A stretch of 64,000 bases of DNA from a bacterium (GTDB taxonomy: Bacteria > Arandabacterota > Arandabacteria > Arandabacterales > Arandabacteraceae), in assembly GCA_029933125.1 (NCBI GenBank), contig JAOZOU010000001.1, forward strand, positions 392,702 through 456,701, written 5' to 3'. The position numbers and the translations under genes were made by a program. Under the pieces are notes generated by a model. That model was not told where the DNA came from. It searched no databases and was given only the letters and a program-made list of their open reading frames with translations. Shown here one piece after another: positions 9,548-19,074 of this stretch (its first letter is position 1; each line of letters opens with the position of its first letter).

Positions 9548-10312
9548 CTAAGCGAATCCTGTAACAGTTGACTGAACAACGAGACGCCAACCATCAACGA
9601 GGACGAAAAGCAATATCTTTAGAGGAAGTGAAATCATTACGGGCGGAACCATCATCATACCCATTGACATGAGTACACTAGCCACAGCCATGTCTATTAC
9701 CATGAATGGAAGAAAGAGGAAGAAACCGATCTGAAAAGCTGTCTTGAGCTCACTGGTTATGAAGGCGGGGATAAGAACATAAGTCGGGATGCCGGACCTA
9801 TTCTCAGGTTGGGGAAGATTCGCCATCTGAACAAACAAAGCAAGATCCTTCTCACGAACGTGCTTGAACATGAATTCGCGGATAGGCTGGATGGATCTTG
9901 CAAGAGCTTCCTGCTCAGTTATCTCACCATGGGTCAGGGGCTGGATGGCATTGGTATTGATATCCGTCCAGACTGGCATCATAACGAAATATGTAAGAAA
10001 GAGAGCAAGCCCAACGAGAAGCTGGCTTGGTGGCATCTGATGTGTACCAAGAGCATGTTTGAGGAAAGAAAGCACCACAACTATCCTTGTAAATGAGGTG
10101 ACCATCACCATAATCGCGGGCGCGAGCGACAGGATTGTGAGGAAGAATATGATTCTTATTGGCAGAGATATCTTGCTAGCGCTGTCACCAAGATCGACAC
10201 TAATGGTCGGGGTTGCGGCAGAGGCTGAAGCAGATGAGATCACTAGCAAGAGTCCTATGGCAACCAGCACTGTCGCTGGGAAATTTCCTCTTAAGATCTT
10301 CGCCGTCCTCAT
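9548..10312 (-). CDS. fliP: Flagellar export protein FliP
   Basis: TSFTRIVVVL, PAFITSELKTAFQIGF, MGMMMVPP..ISLP.K. Confidence 0.98.
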   Translation of the reverse strand: MRTAKILRGNFPATVLVAIGLLLVISSASASAATPTISVDLGDSASKISLPIRIIFFLTILSLAPAIMVMVTSFTRIVVVLSFLKHALGTHQMPPSQLLVGLALFLTYFVMMPVWTDINTNAIQPLTHGEITEQEALARSIQPIREFMFKHVREKDLALFVQMANLPQPENRSGIPTYVLIPAFITSELKTAFQIGFFLFLPFMVIDMAVASVLMSMGMMMVPPVMISLPLKILLFVLVDGWRLVVQSTVTGFA

Positions 10313-10315
10313 CGT

Positions 10316-10816
10316 TTAGCCCCTATCAGCAAATCCCAGAGCTCCAAGAAGACTCCTCTTGAAGGATCTTTCATCCCTCTGTGCCTTCCTTATTCCCTCG
10401 AGATCCTGTTCCGAGAGATCTGCAAGGTGGCTTATTTGTGAATCAGTAACCCCGACAACCATGGTTCTGTTTGCGACCTTAAGGATGTAAATCGCCTTCT
10501 TGGGCGCTATGTGCTGCTTATGAAGCACACTTATTGCCCCATCCACCAGCCTGCCTGCCCCGGTCTTGCCAGAAAGGCGCTTCAACGCATAGACACCGCC
10601 GTAGAGGAGTGCTACCAGGAAAGCAAGCGAAAGAATCACCTTGGCAATCATTCCTCCTGTAGCTGTGCCCGGGGTTGCGAGACCTTGCATTTCTGAACCT
10701 GGGTCGGCTCTCAAAGCCTTACCTCCGAATTGGCCTGCCACAAGCACAAGCACTACAACAAAGGCAAGCAGTAGCAATCTCTTGTGTTTCATGACTCCGG
10801 AGAAGACCTTCTTCAT
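10316..10816 (-). CDS. fliO: Flagellar protein FliO/FliZ
   Basis: Transmembrane helix then I.V..KKAIYILKV..MVVGVT..IS.L; lies between fliN and fliP. Confidence 0.85.
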   Translation of the reverse strand: MKKVFSGVMKHKRLLLLAFVVVLVLVAGQFGGKALRADPGSEMQGLATPGTATGGMIAKVILSLAFLVALLYGGVYALKRLSGKTGAGRLVDGAISVLHKQHIAPKKAIYILKVANRTMVVGVTDSQISHLADLSEQDLEGIRKAQRDERSFKRSLLGALGFADRG

Positions 10817-11241
10817 TGCTTGCCACCTTCGATGGGATTGATGAGATCGGTGATCCTTACACCAAACCTTCCATTGACAACGACAACCTCACCTTTACCA
10901 AGAAGCCTGCCACCTACGATTATGTCCACGGGTTCATTCGTCGATCGCTCGAGCTGGATCACGGCACCTTCGCCAAGGTTGATTACTTCCTTGATCAGCA
11001 TCGTTGTGCGTCCGAGCTCAACCGTGACAGGCAAACTCACATCCATGAGCAAGCCCATGCTTCCCGAAACCGCTCTTGTCTTGTCTTCAGTTACAGGTTG
11101 AAATTCAGCTTTTTTGACTTCACTCGATTCATCAAGGGTTGCCTTTCCTCCATCCTGGGAGGTACTTTCCTGTGTGAGGCTGGTCTCCACATTCTCAGTT
11201 GGTTCTGCGGTCGCCTGTGCATTTTGATTCTCAGCCGACAT
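10813..11241 (-). CDS. fliN: Flagellar motor switch protein FliN
   Basis: LLMDVSLPVTVELGRT..GEVVVVNGRFGVRIT (SpoA domain). Confidence 0.96.
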   Translation of the reverse strand: MSAENQNAQATAEPTENVETSLTQESTSQDGGKATLDESSEVKKAEFQPVTEDKTRAVSGSMGLLMDVSLPVTVELGRTTMLIKEVINLGEGAVIQLERSTNEPVDIIVGGRLLGKGEVVVVNGRFGVRITDLINPIEGGKQ

Positions 11242-12166
11242 TCCCCATTCCTCCTTCTACAGGTCGTGTGATTTTTACCGCAATTCTTCCACCAAGATTG
11301 CCTGGCCTGCCAAGGTAGAGGCAGGTGCCACCAATTGCAATTTCGACTTCGTCATTGACATGGTTATCCAAGAGGAGTACGTCACCTGGTTCGAGGCTCA
11401 GAAGGTGTTTTAGACCAATAAGCGATGGAGACAAACGAGCGCTAACAGTCAGAGGTACATCCTTTAGAAAAGCCTCCATCCTTGCACGGTTGCCACCGCG
11501 CTTCCTCGTTGGCTGCGTCTTTGCAAGGGCCTTGATCACTGGTTCGAACATCAAATAGGGATAGACGATCTTGAGAGAACCACTGAGCTCGGTAAGCCTC
11601 ATGCTAAGTGAAACGCTTATGGCTGTATCATTCAGCCCTAAAGATGGTATGAACTCTGGTGTTGAAACATAGTCACCAGGTATGAAATCGAGATTTTTAT
11701 AGCTCTTCCACGCCTCCCCAGCACTTTTCACCACCTGATCAACAAATCTCGCAAGGAGTCGCTGTTCAATTGATGTGAGCTCTCTTGCCTCATCAATGGG
11801 TTTGCCTTTTCCCCCCAGAAGCCTGTCAACAATTGCAAAGGCAAATCCTATGTCGATATTGAGAATGCCAAATCCTTCAAGGGGTGATGCTGTAAATGTG
11901 TAGACGACACAAGGAGATGGGATTTCGCTTAGTACTGCTTCCCAGGATGATTCACCAATCTCAGATATTGTAACTTCCACGTATTCCCGTAGGAGTCCTG
12001 CAAGGACGACACTTAGTTTGCGGGCAAAGTCTCCATGGGAACGCTCAATCAGTCTGATCTGATGTTCAGCCAGGCGCTTCGCTGAGCCAAAATCCCAAAC
12101 GTCAACTCTGGTATCTTGCCCAGGGGCACCTGGGTCTACGGCTTTATCACTCATGCCGACCCCCAC
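11231..12166 (-). CDS. fliM: Flagellar motor switch protein FliM
   Basis: WDF, VDRLLGG.G..RELTSIE, C-terminal LLSLEPGDVL SpoA domain. Confidence 0.92.
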   Translation of the reverse strand: MGVGMSDKAVDPGAPGQDTRVDVWDFGSAKRLAEHQIRLIERSHGDFARKLSVVLAGLLREYVEVTISEIGESSWEAVLSEIPSPCVVYTFTASPLEGFGILNIDIGFAFAIVDRLLGGKGKPIDEARELTSIEQRLLARFVDQVVKSAGEAWKSYKNLDFIPGDYVSTPEFIPSLGLNDTAISVSLSMRLTELSGSLKIVYPYLMFEPVIKALAKTQPTRKRGGNRARMEAFLKDVPLTVSARLSPSLIGLKHLLSLEPGDVLLLDNHVNDEVEIAIGGTCLYLGRPGNLGGRIAVKITRPVEGGMGNVG

Positions 12167-12184
12167 TGCTTACTTTGATCTCAA

Positions 12185-12922
12185 TTACTGCAATACGAAG
12201 TTAGCGAAATAGACCCCAGTCACATCTCCAGTTTTGAGGAGATCGTTGACTGAAGTCTCTATTTCACTCCTTATCGTCTCGCGTGTCTTGAGATCGCTCA
12301 ATTCATCTACAGTCCTTCGACCCAATATCTCTATAAGAAGATCCCTGATCTGGGGCTCTCTGCTCTGGATCTCTTCGGCAACTGCCGGATCGGCCGTTTC
12401 CAGGGCGACCGTTGTACAAAGGTAGCGCGTTCCGCTCGTAGCTGAAGGATTCACGACCACATCCTTGATGGGTGTAATGGTTCCAACGGTAGGAGGTTGA
12501 GTAGCCTCAGGAGTTTCCGCGGCAGCTGCCTCGGGCGGCTCCTCTGCTTGCCGCATTGCATTGACAACACGCGTCTCAAGCAAGCGCGGTGCAAGAGCTC
12601 TGGCCACCAGGTAGTAAGCAGCAAAGGCATCGGCAACGATGATGGCCAGAATGACCAGAGTACGAATGGCAAGAGCGAGAGTTGGTGCAAGCAACACGCG
12701 AAGTGGAACGCTTGGCTGCTCAGGCTTCTCAACCACTGCTGCAGCTTCTGGCACGTTTTCCTCAGCAGGTTCGGTGGTTGCTTCCTTTGCCTCCGGAGTC
12801 TCCTCCGGTGCTTCCTCCACCTGGACTGCTCCCTGCGCGCTTGCTTTGGCCTTCTTGAAGAACTTTAGATTCTCCTTTGACCCTTCTTCCCTTGCCTGCT
12901 CCTCGGCCATTCTGACCACCAC
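12185..12922 (-). CDS. fliL: Flagellar basal body-associated protein FliL
   Basis: One TM helix, VVNP..RYL, PQIRD, VYFANFVLQ C-terminus. Confidence 0.92.
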   Translation of the reverse strand: MVVRMAEEQAREEGSKENLKFFKKAKASAQGAVQVEEAPEETPEAKEATTEPAEENVPEAAAVVEKPEQPSVPLRVLLAPTLALAIRTLVILAIIVADAFAAYYLVARALAPRLLETRVVNAMRQAEEPPEAAAAETPEATQPPTVGTITPIKDVVVNPSATSGTRYLCTTVALETADPAVAEEIQSREPQIRDLLIEILGRRTVDELSDLKTRETIRSEIETSVNDLLKTGDVTGVYFANFVLQ

Positions 12923-12934
12923 CTTTCACTACGA

Positions 12935-14857
12935 CTACCTTGTCATGTTCACGAGCTCAGTGAGCATCTGATCGCTCGCGCTCAGCACCCTGGCATTTGC
13001 CTGGAAACCACGCTGAGCAACCACCATATTCACGAATTCCTCAGCAAGATCGACATTTGACATCTCGAGAGCTCCGCCCGAGATGCTCGCACTCACGATC
13101 TTGCCAGGTTCACCCCTCATAGGCAGACCCGAGTTGCTGGAGGTCACATAGAGTCCGTCACCAACCTTCTCAAGTCCTGCCGGATTATTGAACTTCGCAA
13201 GGATGATCTGAGCTATTGGCTTCGAGACTCCGTTGGAGAAGAAACCCGTAATTATACCACCGGAGTCGATCGAGATAGACGTCAGAGCACCCATACCGTA
13301 GCCATCTTGGCCCTTAGCTGTTGTGCTGAAGGGGGATGAGAACTGGGTGATGCCATCAAAGCTGCCTGGGGTACCCGCATCAAACACTACTGACATCTCA
13401 TCAGCTCCATTTGCCGGACTGAAGGTAAACGCAAGGCTACCACCGTCGTAGACGAATGAGGCAAGTGAGCCGTCCTCATTGAAGCTCACCGTACCCGATT
13501 GACCACCCTTTATCTGTTCAATTCCATCCAATGAAGCATCCCAGTACCACATGCCAGCAACTGGAGACCTGCTGAATCTCACGGTGAGGTTATGCTCCAC
13601 ACCGAGTGAATCGTAGATGCCGATCGAGGTATAGTGCTCAGTAGGAGCAGTATCAACGACCGCGGTACCAGCCTTGAGCCCATTGTTGGCATCAATCACC
13701 ACACCTCCACCACCAAGTCCCTCAATACCTGTAACAAGACCTGTGGTCTCATTGATAACCAGGGAGAGGCTAACAGCGCCCATGGGTGCTTTTCCTTCTG
13801 GTGTGAAGACGTCAGTTGCAACGAGTGTGCTGGCTGTACCGTTATCCACAACAAAGGAATTGCCAACTGCCGCACCAAATATTTGGCGCGTTATATTGCC
13901 ATCAGCAGCTACTGAAGTTGTTATGTTGTAGGTGGCACCATCTCCTGCATAGTCTCTTGTGAGGACAACCTCGCCTCCTTCGAGACTTGCAGTAACCCCC
14001 GTCACGGTGGAGTTGATGATATTGATGAGATCCGTGATGGTCGAGCTCTCATTGAGACCCGTAATCGCAATTGGATCCCCGCCATCAACGCCAATTGTGA
14101 AGTCGTTGAATTCTGTTACGCCAAGACTGCCGAGAGTTTCCGATCCATCAAGAGCTCCAGGCTTGACAAGGTTGCTTCCAGCCAGACTGCTTGCCACAGC
14201 ATTCTCACCTGTTATGGTGATCTCATGGCGTCCGCCGGCCCCATTTATTGCCGTTCCATAGACTGAGGTTATGCCTGTGGTTCCGGCAGAGACCAGGGAG
14301 GCTGTCGCAGTTGTCGCCGAAGCATCGAGGTTACAGCCAAAGGTTATCCTGGTTGTCGATTTCGCAGGTACCTTCCTTCCAAAAGGAAGTGTTATGTTCT
14401 CGATTGCAGCCCCTGGGCTTATCACCCCATTGCTGTCAGCAAGACGTCCCTGGAGAATGAGCCCTGTGGACGGGTCGATAAGGTTACCATCTGCATCGTA
14501 ACCAAATGATCCAACCCTCGTATAGTATTCCTGGTTGCCATCTGAGAGGATAAAGAAACCTTCACCATTTATGCCAAGATCTGTTGGTACACCGGTATTC
14601 TGGAGAACGCCCTGCGAGAAAATATTGTCGATGGTGCCAACGCCCATACCCAGACCAAGCTGGAGTGGACTTATCCCACCGAGGCCGTTCTGCGGACGCG
14701 ATGCACCACGAAGCGTTTGCACCAGAGTCTCACGGAAGGTTACTCTTCCTCCCTTGAAGCCTATGGAATTTATGTTGGATATGTTGTTACCCGAAACGTT
14801 AAGCGCTGTCAGATGACCCTTGAGTCCTGAAACGCTTGTGTAAAGTGAACCTAACAT
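12935..14857 (-). CDS. flgE: Flagellar hook protein FlgE (long form)
   Basis: SLYTSVSGL..GNNISN..GFK, YTRVGSF, LEMSNVDLAEEF..QRGFQAN. ATG 14857 preferred for its GGAGG spacing. Confidence 0.96.
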   Translation of the reverse strand: MLGSLYTSVSGLKGHLTALNVSGNNISNINSIGFKGGRVTFRETLVQTLRGASRPQNGLGGISPLQLGLGMGVGTIDNIFSQGVLQNTGVPTDLGINGEGFFILSDGNQEYYTRVGSFGYDADGNLIDPSTGLILQGRLADSNGVISPGAAIENITLPFGRKVPAKSTTRITFGCNLDASATTATASLVSAGTTGITSVYGTAINGAGGRHEITITGENAVASSLAGSNLVKPGALDGSETLGSLGVTEFNDFTIGVDGGDPIAITGLNESSTITDLINIINSTVTGVTASLEGGEVVLTRDYAGDGATYNITTSVAADGNITRQIFGAAVGNSFVVDNGTASTLVATDVFTPEGKAPMGAVSLSLVINETTGLVTGIEGLGGGGVVIDANNGLKAGTAVVDTAPTEHYTSIGIYDSLGVEHNLTVRFSRSPVAGMWYWDASLDGIEQIKGGQSGTVSFNEDGSLASFVYDGGSLAFTFSPANGADEMSVVFDAGTPGSFDGITQFSSPFSTTAKGQDGYGMGALTSISIDSGGIITGFFSNGVSKPIAQIILAKFNNPAGLEKVGDGLYVTSSNSGLPMRGEPGKIVSASISGGALEMSNVDLAEEFVNMVVAQRGFQANARVLSASDQMLTELVNMTR

Positions 14858-14866
14858 CTTCACTTA

Positions 14867-14930
14867 CCTCCTCTCTGGCTGCTTCTGTCATTCCACAGCC
14901 GGAGGGCCTCCTCATAAGAGGTCCAGCCCT
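14867..14930 (-). ncRNA. Candidate cis-regulatory twin-hairpin RNA leader of flgE
   Basis: AGGGCU-GGA-CCUC-UUAU-GAGG-A-GGCCCU followed by GGCUGU-GGA-AUGACAGAA-GCAGCC, abutting the flgE RBS. Confidence 0.55.
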
Positions 14931-14939
14931 TTGTAAACC

Positions 14940-15308
14940 TCAAGCAATGACCGTGCTGTCGATTGAGGTGAAGACACCGCCCTTGGTCTCCCCGGCTGAC
15001 ATGGCAGTGATCACTGTGCGATTCTTGACGCTTACGATCAATGCCAGCTCATCCATGAGGACCAGGGACTCATTGGCTCCTTTGCTTCGGGCAGCGTCAA
15101 CAGCTGCGCCAAGCTTCTCGAGATCCGCTCTATCGAGAGTGAGACCTCGAGCTGCCAACCTGTTCAAGGCGTGCTTGGAAAACTTGAGCCCGCTTGAACT
15201 GGCAATGCCATTGAGAACCTTGCTGAAGTCCTCACCCAGCAGACGCGGCTTTGCCTTAAGATCGCCTATGCCGCCTTGCTTAGGAAGCGGACCATGAATT
15301 CGATTCAC
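14940..15308 (-). CDS. Flagellar operon protein (TIGR02530-like)
   Basis: LKFSKHA..RL..RG, KGA.ESLVL, SVKNRTVITA, VFT.IDS.VI; lies between flgD and flgE. Confidence 0.9.
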   Translation of the reverse strand: MNRIHGPLPKQGGIGDLKAKPRLLGEDFSKVLNGIASSSGLKFSKHALNRLAARGLTLDRADLEKLGAAVDAARSKGANESLVLMDELALIVSVKNRTVITAMSAGETKGGVFTSIDSTVIA

Positions 15309-15320
15309 GCTATCACCTCC

Positions 15321-16004
15321 TCATCCCATTGAAGGGTTACGTAGCTCAATAATGTCCGAAATCTTGACTTCAACCCCATTGACGACGAAGACCGCTTCGC
15401 CATCAACGAACTTCACTGATGAGACCGTTCCTGTGAGAAGTGTCATGACATCGATCGCCTCTCCGTCACGATCAAAAGCCTCAACCCTCACAGTGTAATT
15501 GCCTTCTGCCCGGTCATGCCCTTCATCATCCTTTCCATCCCAGATAACCGTGTTCTCACCTGAGACCAAATCCTGGCGTTCAAATTTCCTAATCTCGGTT
15601 CCATTCTCATCCATAATGGTGACAACAACCCGGTGTGCAGGCTCATTGAGTTTGAAGTGGATCTCGGCACTTCCCGAGGAATCGAGATGGATTGTCTCAC
15701 CCACCGCCACGACCTCCTTGCCTATGAGCCCGGCGGCAGTTGTGTTGTTGAGAACTTGAGTCAGTAACAGATCAAGATCATTGTTGCGCTCAAGATTGGC
15801 GTTGATGTTTTCCAGTTGCTCAAGCGAACTGAACTGAGCAAGCTGCGCAATCATGTCCTCATTGTTGAGTGGCGAGAGAGGATCCTGATTCTCAAGCTGC
15901 ACAGTGAGCAATCTCAGAAAATCATCCTTGCCCAGCGTGCGCAACGGATCTCTTGAAGCCTGGTGAGAACTCTGGTAGAGCTGATTCACTCCATTTACGT
16001 CCAA
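15321..16004 (-). CDS. flgD: Flagellar hook capping protein FlgD
   Basis: LGKDDFLRLLTVQLENQDPLSP, QLAQFSSLEQ, WDGKD Ig domain; start reassigned to TTG 16004. Confidence 0.95.
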   Translation of the reverse strand: MDVNGVNQLYQSSHQASRDPLRTLGKDDFLRLLTVQLENQDPLSPLNNEDMIAQLAQFSSLEQLENINANLERNNDLDLLLTQVLNNTTAAGLIGKEVVAVGETIHLDSSGSAEIHFKLNEPAHRVVVTIMDENGTEIRKFERQDLVSGENTVIWDGKDDEGHDRAEGNYTVRVEAFDRDGEAIDVMTLLTGTVSSVKFVDGEAVFVVNGVEVKISDIIELRNPSMG

Positions 16005-16020
16005 AACCTTCACCCCCTTC

Positions 16021-18393
16021 CTATGCCCATTTATCAAAAGTTGATGCCAAAGCCTCGACTCTTTCGATTTCCTCTTCTTCGTTAAGCACAAGATCACCAC
16101 CCATGATGTGGACATGTCCTCTGCGATCCCTGCGTTGCGAATCGTCTCGATCGCCAAGGAGCAAGAATTCAAAGTCATCAGGAATGAATCCCTGCAGCTC
16201 AAGACGCTGGTTGAGCTCCCAGCTGTGATTTACGAGAGCTTCACGAAGCTGAGTGCTGGTGACTGCAATCCTCGCTCTCACGACGTTTGAAACTACACTC
16301 ATGCGAACCCGTACAACATCTCCACTATCAGTCCTGAGCTCGAAACCAATATCATGTCTTGGCTTGCCTTTTTCGAGATGCTCAACAATTGCATTGATTA
16401 GTCTTTGATGAATCATCTGTGGTGGCCGAAGCTCATCGGTGCTGACCATCTCCACTTGATGCATGGATGAGGCTTGCATGGCATGATTGGGTTGAAACCT
16501 CACCTTGGATGGCTGCCGAAGTGTACTCTTCACCGGCGCTGTTTGCCGCGCAATCTGAGCGATCTCTCTTTCTGAAGCAGTCGCCGACCTGGGTGCCACC
16601 TTTGGAGGCCTTGGCCTGGGCATGTTATCATGCCCAAAATCGCTTGAGTCTTGCCCATCCCTCGCTAGATCCTTATATGCACCGATCGCATGACTAATCT
16701 CACCTCGCACCTGGCCTCCCTGCCCACGGTCGAAAATTGAAGGTACTGATTGCTTACCGTAGCTCAACCTTATGAGATAATCTACTGCCGCCTTTTCATT
16801 ATCGATACCTTGATCGAAAGACGCCTGGGAAGTTTGGGTTGCATCCCTTCCATGTTGGACTGCACTCTGGGATGGATTTATCTGTCTTGCTTGATCTGTA
16901 GTTGCTTCGGCCGATCCTGCTGCACGGTTAGATTGACCGAGCACCTGCCCCACCTCGTGAGGCACCTTATCCAGGCGGTGTATTCCCCGACTTACCATGC
17001 GCATTGAAACAAGTTCGAGAGAAGATTGCCTCTGAGAAGGCTCAAACCATTCAAAGGCATCCCAATTACGCATCTTCGTCCGTGAGGTGCCAAGTGCGTC
17101 AGCAGGGGTGCTCGAGCGCGGCTTATTCCTAACAGCCTCTCCTGTTTGCGATCGCGAAAGCCGGAGCCCATCCATGTTTTTCTGAGGCGAGATCCGAGTC
17201 TTGCGTTGCGTGATGATCTCAGCTATCCGCCCTGGATTGAACTTGGTTGAAACGGAGTGATCTTGCGTCTCAATCTCAGACGGTGTCTCGACGATATCGG
17301 CGACCTTGACTCCAAGAGTATGTTTTGCACTCCGAGAAACAAGATTGGCCGAAACCCCATTCCGAGATCCGTTGGAAGTCTCATCCGTAAAGGGGCTCAC
17401 GCTCAACTGGGAATCGCCAAATCCTCCATTGCCGTAGCTTCCCGCTTCTGTCTCCTCGTTGGTGACAAAGCCCATAACGTGTTTTCTCACTGCTCGTGGT
17501 GCGGCATCGACTCGGGCTGTGCTCAAGTCAAGGAGCTCGGCATCTGAGCTCAAATTACTTGATTCTTCATGCTGCCCCAGATCGGCTAGTGCTTGCTGGC
17601 CGCTAGAGATTTGGATTCGCATCATAAACTTAGGAGCCCTGTGTTCACTTGAGTCTTGCAGAGATTGACTTGAGATACTCAACTCCGAAGGTGTTGGGGA
17701 ATCAATCAAATTAGCACCGCCTCGGGAAGGGGATTCTACTTGGACGATTTCGCCTGAACTTCCATTCGGAGCCTTACAGTTGTCTGAAACTTGCCTTACG
17801 CCACCTGCGTTGGCCACGGCACTCTCAGCAGGCTCCTCCCTAGGCTTGAAGATGTGGCCCTCAACCTCAGGCACGAGTTCGATAATTGAGCCCCTTTCGG
17901 GCCGCTCAAAGCTAAATGGGCTTTCCTCCAAGACCTTCTCCCCATTTTGCTTTCCAGGTGGATATGCCTTAACTGACTGCGTGTTAACCAGAACATCACC
18001 ATCTTGGGGTGGTCCTGAGAGGCCGGCCTTGCTCTTAAGGGTTTGCTGAGAAAGAATGGGAAGCACCAATGGCAGACGGGCGGCCATATTCCTACCAGCA
18101 ACGCTACCTTTCTCTTTTACAGTCTCGCTGCTCTCGTCTGTCGCCAAGAAACTCCACCTCTGCCCGCTCCCAACCCCCAGCTTTGCCTTTGCAGCCAGAT
18201 CTGATGCGATCGTCTGCGGGTACCCCTGATTTAATGCCACCAAAGCAGTTTGAGAGCCTAGAGCACCCAAAAGGATCTCAAGGAAGCCCAATCCAGCGGC
18301 ACTTCCTCCAAGAGGAGAGGGTGCTTTGCGCTGTCCACCGAGTTTGCAATTCAGCAGACAACCGATAAGGCTTTGTGTACCCTGCGAATTCAA
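16021..18393 (-). CDS. fliK: Flagellar hook-length control protein FliK (divergent, long)
   Basis: Low-complexity S/Q/A-rich body; C-terminal G.V.V...V.A.I...REAL...EL..RL..QG domain; directly upstream of flgD. Confidence 0.75.
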   Translation of the reverse strand: MNSQGTQSLIGCLLNCKLGGQRKAPSPLGGSAAGLGFLEILLGALGSQTALVALNQGYPQTIASDLAAKAKLGVGSGQRWSFLATDESSETVKEKGSVAGRNMAARLPLVLPILSQQTLKSKAGLSGPPQDGDVLVNTQSVKAYPPGKQNGEKVLEESPFSFERPERGSIIELVPEVEGHIFKPREEPAESAVANAGGVRQVSDNCKAPNGSSGEIVQVESPSRGGANLIDSPTPSELSISSQSLQDSSEHRAPKFMMRIQISSGQQALADLGQHEESSNLSSDAELLDLSTARVDAAPRAVRKHVMGFVTNEETEAGSYGNGGFGDSQLSVSPFTDETSNGSRNGVSANLVSRSAKHTLGVKVADIVETPSEIETQDHSVSTKFNPGRIAEIITQRKTRISPQKNMDGLRLSRSQTGEAVRNKPRSSTPADALGTSRTKMRNWDAFEWFEPSQRQSSLELVSMRMVSRGIHRLDKVPHEVGQVLGQSNRAAGSAEATTDQARQINPSQSAVQHGRDATQTSQASFDQGIDNEKAAVDYLIRLSYGKQSVPSIFDRGQGGQVRGEISHAIGAYKDLARDGQDSSDFGHDNMPRPRPPKVAPRSATASEREIAQIARQTAPVKSTLRQPSKVRFQPNHAMQASSMHQVEMVSTDELRPPQMIHQRLINAIVEHLEKGKPRHDIGFELRTDSGDVVRVRMSVVSNVVRARIAVTSTQLREALVNHSWELNQRLELQGFIPDDFEFLLLGDRDDSQRRDRRGHVHIMGGDLVLNEEEEIERVEALASTFDKWA

Positions 18394-18403
18394 CCTCTTC
18401 CTC

Positions 18404-19072
18404 CTAGTCAGTCAAAAGCCGACTCAGTTTGGCTGCTCTTTCAGGCTCGAGTGCGGCAAGAACTTTTGCAGCATTGCGTGGCTTCATATTGACAAGCACT
18501 TGGATGGCTTCCTCATCAGACATCTTGGTCACAATTGCAGCCACGCTTGATGCCTTCATCTGCTCATAAACCTTCGCCAGTTGCTTAAACTTGTTTGTGC
18601 GATCTATCTCCTCGCTTGCCTTCTCCTCGACCTCTTCCGTTTCGGAACCAGCTACCTGCTCCTTGGCTTTGCTCTCTTGAGACTTGGCAACCTCGGGTTG
18701 AGGCTGTGTGGTTTCTGCTTTCGAGTTCCCTGCCTCAGGTTCGGCGGTCTCTGCTGGCTGTCCAGCGGTGGTATCCTCAAGTGCAGGAGCCTCAACCTGG
18801 GATTGCCGCTCGGTAGCCTGCCTCTGTTGTGTCTCTTCCACAGGAGCTTGAGACAAGTTACCATGGGTCTGTTCAGCCTGTGCTGGTGGAGTTATAACCT
18901 TTATCCTTAAAGGCTGAGGCGGCAGAAATCCCATCACATGCATGAAGAGAATGACAAAGACAACAAAGGGAACTGCGACAAGCAGAACAGCATCAAGCGG
19001 AATCTTCGATGCCAAGCCTTGCTTCTTTCCCTCTGCCTTTTCGGCATCTTCAGGTTTGACTTCATCAGCCAT
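18404..19072 (-). CDS. MotE/YlxF-like flagellar protein with MgtE_N-like C-terminus
   Basis: TM helix, acidic linker, LAKVYEQMK..AAI..M..MKPRNAAKVLA.LEPERAA; follows fliJ. Confidence 0.8.
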   Translation of the reverse strand: MADEVKPEDAEKAEGKKQGLASKIPLDAVLLVAVPFVVFVILFMHVMGFLPPQPLRIKVITPPAQAEQTHGNLSQAPVEETQQRQATERQSQVEAPALEDTTAGQPAETAEPEAGNSKAETTQPQPEVAKSQESKAKEQVAGSETEEVEEKASEEIDRTNKFKQLAKVYEQMKASSVAAIVTKMSDEEAIQVLVNMKPRNAAKVLAALEPERAAKLSRLLTD

Positions 19073-19074
19073 GA

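Noticed and set aside
16005..16202. Long N-terminal extensions in the ORF track for flgD (also fliQ, fliE, FapA-like, mrpG-like, ATPase)
   Set aside because: They overlap upstream genes or promoters, and downstream starts with good SD sequences fit the family N-termini.
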